This document shows positions 26,301 to 34,153 of a stretch of DNA of 64,000 nucleotides, piece by piece (the first letter of the stretch is position 1; every line of letters starts with the position of its first letter). The stretch is from Candidatus Undivivens industriae (GTDB lineage: Bacteria > Omnitrophota > Gorgyraeia > Gygaellales > Profunditerraquicolaceae). The DNA lies in assembly GCA_012514745.1 (NCBI GenBank), contig JAAYZR010000002.1, positions 40,962-104,961 of the forward strand. Reading direction: 5' to 3'. The notes beneath the pieces were generated by a model. The model was not told the DNA's origin. It made no database searches and saw nothing but the letters and a program-made list of their open reading frames with translations. The translations under genes and the position numbers were made by a program.

Positions 26301-27637
26301 AACGGGAGATCATTCTTCTCCATCCTGCGTTATGGCCGGCCTTATCGTTCGCCTGCGGGATAGCGGCGGCTGTCCCGTTCACGCTTTGCTGTGTCTGCGC
26401 AGTGGCGGGGATTACCGTGATACTGCTGATGCGGGACAGGAACGCGGCGTGGTTCGCGGCAGTAATTACACTTTGTTTCTTCCTGGGCGGCGCCCGCGGC
26501 CGCGCCGGCGAGATGAGGCCGGCCGACGATTACCGGGGCCTGCTGCGGACGGGCAGGGAGATTTATCTGCTGCGAGGCCGGTTCCGCGGGGAGGCTGTCC
26601 GGCGCGGACGGGGATACCTGTTGGATATGAAATTGTCGGCTTTCTGCGCGGGCGGCGGGTGGCAATCGGCGTCCGGGACGGCTGTCGTGCTGACTCATTT
26701 TTACCCGGGACATTCTTCCGGCAGGGAGGCCGTATTAAAATGCCGCTATTCGCGGTTCAAACATTTTTCCCTCGACTCCGGGCGGGACCTGTGTTTTTTA
26801 TCCGGGGAGAAGAACGGCGGGTCTTTACGCGACAGGATTGGAGGATTATTGAATTACAAGCATACGCCGGCTGGAAAGGGGATAATCTCGGCCATGGTGC
26901 TGGGAGATAAACGCGGCATCCCGCCTCTCGTCAAGCGAACGATGCTGCGTACCGGCACTCTGCATCTGTTGGTGGTCAGCGGTTTCAACACCGGCCTGGT
27001 GGCTTTTTTCGCGCTTTTTTTGCTGAAAGCCGCGCGCGTGCCGAGAAAGGTCAGGATTCTTCTTGCCTGTTGCGCCGTGGCCGCGTATTGCCCGGCCACC
27101 GGAAGCGCGCCCCCGGTTTTCCGCGCCGCGGTGATGACCATCCTCCTGTTGTCCGCGTATCTTATGCGCAGGGAAGCCGTTTTGCTCAATCTGCTCGGCT
27201 GTGCCGCCGCGGTACTGCTGTTCTGCGATCCGCAGATGCTCTTCAGCGTCAGTTTCCAGCTCTCTTTTCTCAGCGTCTTTGCCATAGCCGTATTATGCCC
27301 CTTATTCCGTGCCCTTTCCGGCAACGCGGCCGCGGGCGGCAAATTACTGCGCTGGAGCAGGGAGGCGGGAATAACCGGTTTTTCCGCCTGGATAGGAACA
27401 TTACCGTTCGTATTGTTCTATTTCCGGCTCTTCTCCTGGGTGGCTGTGCCGGCGAACCTGCTGGCGGCTCCTCTAACTTCTTTGATTACTATCTGCGGCT
27501 TCTGTCAGATCATCAGCGTCCCCTTCCTGCCGCGTCTGGCCGGATATTTCGCTTTTATCTCCGACACCCTGATCACGGCTCTGGTTTCTCTGCTGGTTTT
27601 CCTGGAACGTTTCCCGGGCGCATGGCTTAAGATCTGA
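26174..27637 (+). CDS. comEC: ComEC/Rec2-family competence membrane protein (short form without the metallo-beta-lactamase domain); start uncertain
   Basis: ComEC competence-domain block MLRTGTLHLLVVSGFNTGLVAFF and polytopic TM profile. The only ATG is 26174, overlapping comEA by 127 nt; the first in-frame GTG (26402) would remove a TM helix. Confidence 0.6.
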   Translation: MRSARPARRIREYRGVEGSRRNRRGEIRQAEGFLLSGRRGTIKREIILLHPALWPALSFACGIAAAVPFTLCCVCAVAGITVILLMRDRNAAWFAAVITLCFFLGGARGRAGEMRPADDYRGLLRTGREIYLLRGRFRGEAVRRGRGYLLDMKLSAFCAGGGWQSASGTAVVLTHFYPGHSSGREAVLKCRYSRFKHFSLDSGRDLCFLSGEKNGGSLRDRIGGLLNYKHTPAGKGIISAMVLGDKRGIPPLVKRTMLRTGTLHLLVVSGFNTGLVAFFALFLLKAARVPRKVRILLACCAVAAYCPATGSAPPVFRAAVMTILLLSAYLMRREAVLLNLLGCAAAVLLFCDPQMLFSVSFQLSFLSVFAIAVLCPLFRALSGNAAAGGKLLRWSREAGITGFSAWIGTLPFVLFYFRLFSWVAVPANLLAAPLTSLITICGFCQIISVPFLPRLAGYFAFISDTLITALVSLLVFLERFPGAWLKI

Positions 27638-27681
27638 CGGGCCGGTTTTGTCCGACTCACCCGGAGGCCAGGTATTTCTTA

Positions 27682-27710
27682 TTGCGCTTCGCCGGGAAGG
27701 AGCATATAAT
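27682..27710 (+). promoter_or_regulatory. candidate promoter (TTGCGC, 17 nt, TATAAT) upstream of the radical-SAM/glycosyltransferase operon
   Basis: Perfect -10 TATAAT at 27705-27710; weak -35 (3/6) at 27682-27687; 120-nt intergenic gap before GTG 27758. Confidence 0.35.
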
Positions 27711-27757
27711 TAAAGTAACTTGGTTAAGGCGGATCAACTCTTTCAGGGACGGCGGCG

Positions 27758-28483
27758 GTGAAAAAGGTAGACAGTTTAAGCGTGGTTATTCCCATGTATA
27801 ATGAAGAGTATTACGCGCGAGAGGTCGTCGTTGAGGTCATTCGCGCCGTTTCTTCCGTCACTCCGCGCGGCGAAGTGATCGCCGTGGACGATCATAGTTC
27901 GGACGCCACCCCCGTAATACTTGAGAATCTCGTTTCCGGAGACAGCAGGATAAAAATGGTGTGCAACAGCCGCAGGCTAGGGCTGGGTGGCGCCCTGCTG
28001 GCGGGATTTGCGGCCGCCTCGAACTCGGCGGTTTTATATACCGACGCCGATTTTCCCTGCGATATGGGGAATATCCGCCGCGCCGTGGAACTTATGGAAA
28101 GAGAAGACGCCGATATAGTGTCCGCCTACCGGAGCGGATGCCTACGGGAAAGTTTTCACAGGTCGGTCTATTCATTCGTATTCAACGGGATAGTCAATCT
28201 TTTTTTCAATCCCGGGATAAAAGACGTCAATTTCTCCTTTAAATTGTTCGACCGCGAAAAACTGAACGCGTTGAGGATAGGTTCGAGAGGGTCATTTATC
28301 AATACAGAGATATTCGTTAAGGCGAAGCGGTCCGGATATAAGATAGCGCAGTTCCCGGCGCAGTATCTGCGGCGGACGAAAGGCGTCTCAAAACTTGATA
28401 ACTTCGGTAATATCTTCGGCATATTGCGCGAGATGGCTTGCTTCGCGGTATCCGAAAGGAAACGCCGTCCGTTCGATAGATGA
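27758..28483 (+). CDS. family-2 glycosyltransferase (polyprenyl-phosphate sugar synthase / DPM1-ArnC-like)
   Basis: 241 aa; GT2 motifs VVIPMYNEE, AVDDHSSD, TDADFPCD (DXD region); size and architecture of Dpm1/GtrB/ArnC-type enzymes; GTG start. Confidence 0.75.
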   Translation: MKKVDSLSVVIPMYNEEYYAREVVVEVIRAVSSVTPRGEVIAVDDHSSDATPVILENLVSGDSRIKMVCNSRRLGLGGALLAGFAAASNSAVLYTDADFPCDMGNIRRAVELMEREDADIVSAYRSGCLRESFHRSVYSFVFNGIVNLFFNPGIKDVNFSFKLFDREKLNALRIGSRGSFINTEIFVKAKRSGYKIAQFPAQYLRRTKGVSKLDNFGNIFGILREMACFAVSERKRRPFDR

Positions 28484-29136
28484 TAACCCGTGTTTTATCC
28501 GGCATCTCGCGTTATTCCGGTTTCTGGTCCGGGATATACTGCCGGCTGCGGTTATTGACCTGTCCCTTCGGCAGGATATCGGAATTTGTCCCGGCTCGGG
28601 GGCGTATTCTCGACCTGGGGTGCGGGGCCGGCGTATTCTCTTTTCTGCTTTCCGTTTCTTTGCCGTCGAGGCAGATAATCGCAATGGACTGCCGAGCGGA
28701 GAGGCTCCGGTCCTCGGCGCGCGTCGCGGAAGAGAACGGTTTCGGGGCGCTTTCTTTCGTGCAAGGGGATATCCTTTCTTTACCGTATCCCGGACCCGCG
28801 GATTGCATATTGCTGGTCGATGTCCTTTATCAACTGCCGTTCAAGCAAAAAACCGCCGTTATCAGGAAGTGTTATGAAACGCTGGCTAATGACGGGGTGT
28901 TGCTTGTCAAAGAGACCGACGCCGGACCGGGGTGGAAAGCCTTGTTCTGTTATCTGCAGGAAATGATGCTGGCGCGGTTGATAAAACTGAACCGGGGGCG
29001 CGTTGAACCTCTTGCCTGCGCCGCCTGGATGAAGCTGCTGGCGGAAGAAGGATTTTCCGCCGTCATGCGCAGAATAGACAAAGGATATCCGTATCCCCAT
29101 GTCCTTTTCGTGTGCCGTAAGACGGAGAGGGGATGA
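28480..29136 (+). CDS. class I SAM-dependent methyltransferase
   Basis: 218 aa; motif I ILDLGCGAGVFS and acidic post-I loop (AMDCRAE); ATGA overlap with the GT2 gene. Confidence 0.75.
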   Translation: MITRVLSGISRYSGFWSGIYCRLRLLTCPFGRISEFVPARGRILDLGCGAGVFSFLLSVSLPSRQIIAMDCRAERLRSSARVAEENGFGALSFVQGDILSLPYPGPADCILLVDVLYQLPFKQKTAVIRKCYETLANDGVLLVKETDAGPGWKALFCYLQEMMLARLIKLNRGRVEPLACAAWMKLLAEEGFSAVMRRIDKGYPYPHVLFVCRKTERG

Positions 29137-30527
29137 AGAAAATACTGCTTTTAAACCCGCCGTCTCCGCAGTTATGCGTGAGGGATTATTACTGCACTTT
29201 TTCGGCGAAAGCCGCCTACTGTTGGCCGCCGCAGGACCTGATTGCCTTAAGCGGCAGATTGAGCGGGGATTTCCGGGTTTCTTATTATGATCCCCATTCT
29301 CACGGAGACGACCGCCGCCGCAGCCTGGAATACGTGCTGTCCGGAGGTTTTCACGCCGTTATTTTTACCACAGGATCTCTTTATCTGGATGAGGATATTT
29401 CTTTCGTCAAGGCGGTTAAAGAGAGGCTGCCGGGAATTCTCATAGTCGCCAGCAGCGCCATTTTCCGTTCTATAGGCGAAGACATTATGAAAAAGAACCC
29501 TTTTATAGACGGCTTGCTCCTGGATTTTACCAATGATGACGCGCTTAAGTTCCTGCGCGGCGATTACGGCGGCATCTCCGGGATGTTCTTCAGGGACGGC
29601 GGCGGCGCGCTGCATTTGAAAGATAACGCCGGAACCGGAAGGTTCTCTTTCCCCGTCCCTCGTCACGAGCTTTTCAACGGGCGCCAGTACAGATTCCCTC
29701 CCGGGTTTTTTGACAAACGGGGCCCCTTCTTTACTACCGTCGCTTCCGCGGGCTGCCCTTTCAAGTGCGGCTTCTGCACTGCGGCCTCAGTGCCGTACAG
29801 CCGCAGGGACACAGGCAATATTATGGAGGAAATGGACTGGATATGGCGTAAGACCGATGTGCGCAACATCTTTTTCGCCGACTGCAGTTTTACGGCCGAT
29901 CCGGGCGCCGCCGTTGATCTATGCGGCAGGCTGTCCGCTCTTTACGGCGGGTCCCTGTGCTGGATCTGCAATTCCCGGGCGGAACCTCTTTTGGAGAAAG
30001 AGACTGTGCGTATGCTGCGCCGCGCCGGCTGCCGCATGGTAATGATAGGCGCCGAGAGCGGGGATGAACAAGTTTTAAAGCGGCACAATAAACGCGTTTC
30101 CCCTATGCAGGTATGCGAGGCCGTCGTCAACTGCAGAAGAGAAGGGATCCGCACGCTGGTGTATTTTATATTGGGGTTGCCCGGAGAGGACCAGGCGTCT
30201 TTCGCCAAGACCGCGGATTTTATCAAGGGATTGCGCTGTGATTTCATAAGCGTGAGCTTTGCCATGCCGGATTTCGGCACCGCCTTGCGGCAGGAGGCGC
30301 TGGCGCGCGGATTGTGCGAAGAGACCCCGGGAGGATGGGACCATTCAGGCCGTCCGTTCCTCAGCGGGGAGGAAGAGGGGCAAAGGCTGCTCGCGCAGAG
30401 AAAGTCGCTTTACAGGAGGTTTTATTTAAGGCCGGGCCGGCTTGTCCCACGTCTCTTGGGATACGCCGGTCAACTTAAGGCGGGGGATTTTCAGGAAGGG
30501 GTGAGAATATTAAAGAGCTGGTTGTGA
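29133..30527 (+). CDS. B12-binding-domain radical SAM enzyme (class B) number 1
   Basis: 464 aa; N-terminal Rossmann-like B12-binding region (KILLLNPP...), CxxxCxxC in SAGCPFKCGFCTAA; ATGA overlap upstream. Confidence 0.75.
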   Translation: MKKILLLNPPSPQLCVRDYYCTFSAKAAYCWPPQDLIALSGRLSGDFRVSYYDPHSHGDDRRRSLEYVLSGGFHAVIFTTGSLYLDEDISFVKAVKERLPGILIVASSAIFRSIGEDIMKKNPFIDGLLLDFTNDDALKFLRGDYGGISGMFFRDGGGALHLKDNAGTGRFSFPVPRHELFNGRQYRFPPGFFDKRGPFFTTVASAGCPFKCGFCTAASVPYSRRDTGNIMEEMDWIWRKTDVRNIFFADCSFTADPGAAVDLCGRLSALYGGSLCWICNSRAEPLLEKETVRMLRRAGCRMVMIGAESGDEQVLKRHNKRVSPMQVCEAVVNCRREGIRTLVYFILGLPGEDQASFAKTADFIKGLRCDFISVSFAMPDFGTALRQEALARGLCEETPGGWDHSGRPFLSGEEEGQRLLAQRKSLYRRFYLRPGRLVPRLLGYAGQLKAGDFQEGVRILKSWL

Positions 30528-31372
30528 CAGCCGACGACTTCGGCCTTGCCCGGGGCATCAACCGCGGCATAATGGATTGCGTGGAAAGAGGAATAGTAAC
30601 TTCCGTTTCTTTATGCGTCAACGGCAGCGAATACGAAGAGGCGCTGGTTTTCTGCAGACGGTTCCCGGGCCTGGATGCCGGGTTGCATATCCTGCTTGTA
30701 GAAGGGGATGTTTTATCCTCCGCTTCCGCGGAGAGCGGTCTTTCCGACGGGGAAGGCCGTTTACCGGGAAATTGGGCCGCTTTCCTGCCGCGTTATTTTC
30801 TTCGCGGCATAAAACCCGGGGGGCTGGAGAAGGAAATAGGGGCCCAGTTCGATAAGATCTGCGGTTCAGGCATACGCGTGGTGCACGTCAACAGCCACCA
30901 GCATCTTCATATTCTCCCGGGCATACTGGAGATCGTTATAGACAATTGCAGGAAATACGGTATCAAGTATATTCGTGTCCCTTATTCGCGTCCCGGGCTG
31001 CACTGGCTGTCCGCCGGAATACGCAGGGTTTTCTGGCAGGCTATATTGAACCTATTTTGCGCGCGCGCGTTGCCCAAGATAAGAGCGGCCGGCCTGCTGG
31101 CCTGCGGTGAGACGACAGGCGTTCTTCATGCCGGCAGTATAAATATCCCCGTTCTGAAGCAAATAATAATTTCTCTTCAGGAAGGGCTCTCCGAGATAAT
31201 TTGTCATCCTGCTAGAGCCGGCAGGGAACTTTTCCTCCTTTACGGACATTGGGGTTATTCCTGGGATCAAGAAGCCGATTCGATGTGCTCCGGAGAGGCG
31301 AGGGAACTGTTGCAAGACAACGGCATTACCCTTTGCTCGTTCTCCGCCGCGGAGAGAGAAAATGAAGGATAG
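30524..31372 (+). CDS. YdjC/ChbG-family carbohydrate deacetylase (HpnK-like)
   Basis: 282 aa; N-terminal TADDFGLARGINRGIMDCVERGIVTSVSLCVNG typical of PF04794; GTG start overlapping the previous stop (GTGA). Confidence 0.75.
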   Translation: MTADDFGLARGINRGIMDCVERGIVTSVSLCVNGSEYEEALVFCRRFPGLDAGLHILLVEGDVLSSASAESGLSDGEGRLPGNWAAFLPRYFLRGIKPGGLEKEIGAQFDKICGSGIRVVHVNSHQHLHILPGILEIVIDNCRKYGIKYIRVPYSRPGLHWLSAGIRRVFWQAILNLFCARALPKIRAAGLLACGETTGVLHAGSINIPVLKQIIISLQEGLSEIICHPARAGRELFLLYGHWGYSWDQEADSMCSGEARELLQDNGITLCSFSAAERENEG

Positions 31373-32786
31373 AAAACCGGCGGAGACGGCCCTTTTGATA
31401 TATCCTCCCACCGGTATATACGATCGCTTTGAACGCTGTCAGTCTCCCGTAGCATCGGAAAGCGTGAATATTGTCAGGCCTCCTCTCGACCTGGCTTATT
31501 TGGCGGCGGTGCTGGAGAGGCACGGTATTAGGGTTTTGATACGCGATTACCCGGCGGCAGGAAAGGGCTGGAAGGATGTAGAGAAAGATATCCGTTTGTT
31601 TTCCCCGGACATCTTACTTGTCAGCGCCACGTTGTTCACCTGCGGCTGCGACTGCCGCGCTTTTTCCGTTGCCAAAAGGCATAATAAAGATACCGTGTGC
31701 GTGTTGAAAGGGTTCTTTCCCGATGAAGGCCGGCAAGCTCTGTTTGCGACCGGAGAAATAGATTTCGTCCTCTGGGAAGAAGCGGAGTCCGCTCTGGAAG
31801 AGATGGTGAAAGGGACTCTGCCGCAGGATATTCCGGGAGTAGCTTTTCGCGAAAGAGGGGCGGTATCCGTGACAAGCCCGAATCCGAACCCGCAGGAGCT
31901 TGATTCTCTGCCGTTTCCCGCGCGGCATTTGCTGGATAACGGATTATACCGTATGCCGGATAACGGCAGAAAGATGGGTGTGGTGTTGGCCGGCAAGGGC
32001 TGTTTCGGAGAATGCGTGTTTTGTCTGGCGCCTCTGGTTAACGGCAGACGATTGCGCTTGCGCGGGCATGTTTCTTTGATCGAAGAACTGCGGGAATGCG
32101 TATATCGACACGGGATAAGGGATTTCTGGTTGCGCGCGGACAACTTTACCGCCGACAGAGAGTGGGTAATGCGGTTTTGTGCGGAGCTTTCCGGCAGCGG
32201 TCTGCCTGCGCGCTGGGCGGTAAACAGCCGCGCGGATTGTCTGGACAGGGAACTTGGGATGGCGATGAAACGGGCGGGTTGTTTTGCCGTCGGCATAGGC
32301 GCGGAGAGCGGCAGCGAAGATACACTGCGGATGATAAAAAAGAATATAACCAAAGAACAAGTGCGCCGCGCAGTCAATACCTGTAAAGAATGCGGACTGC
32401 AGGCGTATTTATTCTTTATAATAGGTTTCCCCTGGGAGACGAGAAAACATATAACGGAAACCGTGGACTTCGCGTGTGAATTGAAGGGCGACGTCGTGAA
32501 TTTCTCTTTTCCCGTCCCTTTCCGCGGCACCCCGCTGTCGGGAATATATGAGAGCCTGGGTCTGCGCGAGGATAACGCACGTTGCGATGTAAATAATTAC
32601 GGCCTGCCCCGGGGCGGGACGGCATATTTATCCGCGGCCGAGCTTATACAGGCCGAGAAAGCCGCGTACCGCAAGCTTTTTTTCAACCCGGAATATATCC
32701 TGGGGCGTCTGTCGCGTATCGGTTCGCCGCAGGAGTTGCTCCGGCATATCAGGGCGGCATGGCATTTATTGAAAATAAGCGTTTAA
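31362..32786 (+). CDS. B12-binding-domain radical SAM enzyme (class B) number 2
   Basis: 474 aa; GKGCFGECVFCLAP cluster motif preceded by a B12-binding-like domain; 11-nt overlap with the upstream gene. Confidence 0.75.
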   Translation: MKDRKPAETALLIYPPTGIYDRFERCQSPVASESVNIVRPPLDLAYLAAVLERHGIRVLIRDYPAAGKGWKDVEKDIRLFSPDILLVSATLFTCGCDCRAFSVAKRHNKDTVCVLKGFFPDEGRQALFATGEIDFVLWEEAESALEEMVKGTLPQDIPGVAFRERGAVSVTSPNPNPQELDSLPFPARHLLDNGLYRMPDNGRKMGVVLAGKGCFGECVFCLAPLVNGRRLRLRGHVSLIEELRECVYRHGIRDFWLRADNFTADREWVMRFCAELSGSGLPARWAVNSRADCLDRELGMAMKRAGCFAVGIGAESGSEDTLRMIKKNITKEQVRRAVNTCKECGLQAYLFFIIGFPWETRKHITETVDFACELKGDVVNFSFPVPFRGTPLSGIYESLGLREDNARCDVNNYGLPRGGTAYLSAAELIQAEKAAYRKLFFNPEYILGRLSRIGSPQELLRHIRAAWHLLKISV

Positions 32787-32800
32787 AAGGTGATTCTGTT

Positions 32801-34114
32801 ATGAAGGACCTTCTTTTGATATTTCCTTCTCCGGGAGGCGGTAATTATATCAATACCTTTCCGCCTTTGGGTATTCTTTATTTGGCTTCTTTTCTGGAGA
32901 AAGAAGGTTTTTCCGTGGATGTCGTAGACTGCGCGGCGGATCCTTTCTCCGCGCGGCAGGCCGCCGGATACAAGACGGTCGGCGTAAGCCTGAACATCTC
33001 CAATGTGGAGAGCGGCACGGCTCTGCTTAACGAGATAAACCGGCTTTATCCCGCTGTGGAACTGGTTGTCGGAGGGCCGCTGCCGACCGTCTCCCCGGAA
33101 GTTTTCTTCCCGCTGCCTTTGAAAGCGATCTTCGTCTCCGAGGCAGAGGAGAGCCTTTTGGCGTATCTGCGCTATCCGGGAGAAGCGGACAACAAAGGAT
33201 ATTATTTCCGCGACGGCTCAGGGCGGTGGCGTTTCAACGGGAAGCGGCCGTATATAAAAGATCTGGACAAGCTGCCTTTTCCGGCTTTGAACAAGCTGGA
33301 CATCGGGAAATATTATACTCCCGTCAGGCGTTCCGCTCCGGTGTCGGCGTTGATATCTTCCCGCGGCTGTCCGTTCGAGTGCGGTTTCTGCTGCCACGTG
33401 CTCGGGGAAGAATACCGGGCGAGGTCGGCGGAAAACGTGGTGGATGAAATAGAGTGGCAGGTAAAGGAAATCGGCACGAGGGAGATCGCGTTATACGACG
33501 ATAACTTTACCCTGGACCGTGGGCGGGTTATGGAGATCTGCCTGCGGCTCCTGCATAGAAAGATCAAGGTGTCTTTACAGCTCACCAACGGCGTAAGAGC
33601 CGATACTCTTGACGAAGAGCTGCTGCGGACGATGAAATCAGCCGGAGTCTGGATGATCGCGCTTGCGCCGGAGAGCGGAAGCGGGGCCACGCTGGCGAGA
33701 ATACACAAGAGGTTTGCCGCGCGCGAGGTGGAGAAGGGGCTGTCTTTATGCCGCCGCCTGGGCATAAACACCTGGGTTTTTTTCATTCTCGGATTTCCCT
33801 GGGAGAAAGAAGCAGATTTCGCCGCGACTGTGAAGGCGGCCTGTTCGACAGATGCCGATATGGTGCATTTTTCCAGATTTGTGCCGCTGCCGGGCACGCC
33901 GCTTTATGCTCTTTCCTGTCCGGGGATCCCGTCACAAGGGATGCGGGACGCCGATCTGTTTTCCGCCTCGGGCCGGAGCGCCCTTACGGCGCGCGCCTAC
34001 AGAAGCGTTTATCTCAGGCATCCGCTCAGACTGCTGCGGCTGTTGCGGATATGTCCTTTTCTTGATATATTCAGGTTGATACTGCATGCTTTCAAAACAA
34101 GGAATGTATTCTGA
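32801..34114 (+). CDS. B12-binding-domain radical SAM enzyme (class B) number 3
   Basis: About 437 aa from MKDLLLIFPSPGG (ATG 32801 with AAAGG RBS); SRGCPFECGFCCH cluster motif. Confidence 0.75.
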   Translation: MKDLLLIFPSPGGGNYINTFPPLGILYLASFLEKEGFSVDVVDCAADPFSARQAAGYKTVGVSLNISNVESGTALLNEINRLYPAVELVVGGPLPTVSPEVFFPLPLKAIFVSEAEESLLAYLRYPGEADNKGYYFRDGSGRWRFNGKRPYIKDLDKLPFPALNKLDIGKYYTPVRRSAPVSALISSRGCPFECGFCCHVLGEEYRARSAENVVDEIEWQVKEIGTREIALYDDNFTLDRGRVMEICLRLLHRKIKVSLQLTNGVRADTLDEELLRTMKSAGVWMIALAPESGSGATLARIHKRFAAREVEKGLSLCRRLGINTWVFFILGFPWEKEADFAATVKAACSTDADMVHFSRFVPLPGTPLYALSCPGIPSQGMRDADLFSASGRSALTARAYRSVYLRHPLRLLRLLRICPFLDIFRLILHAFKTRNVF

Positions 34115-34153
34115 GCCGCGGCCCGGCTTCAGCCGGGTTGGACGCTCCGGAGG

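Noticed and set aside
26332-26910. 192-aa alternative-frame ORF inside comEC
   Set aside because: Arg/Gly/Pro-rich low-complexity product. The comEC frame has the competence-domain signature.
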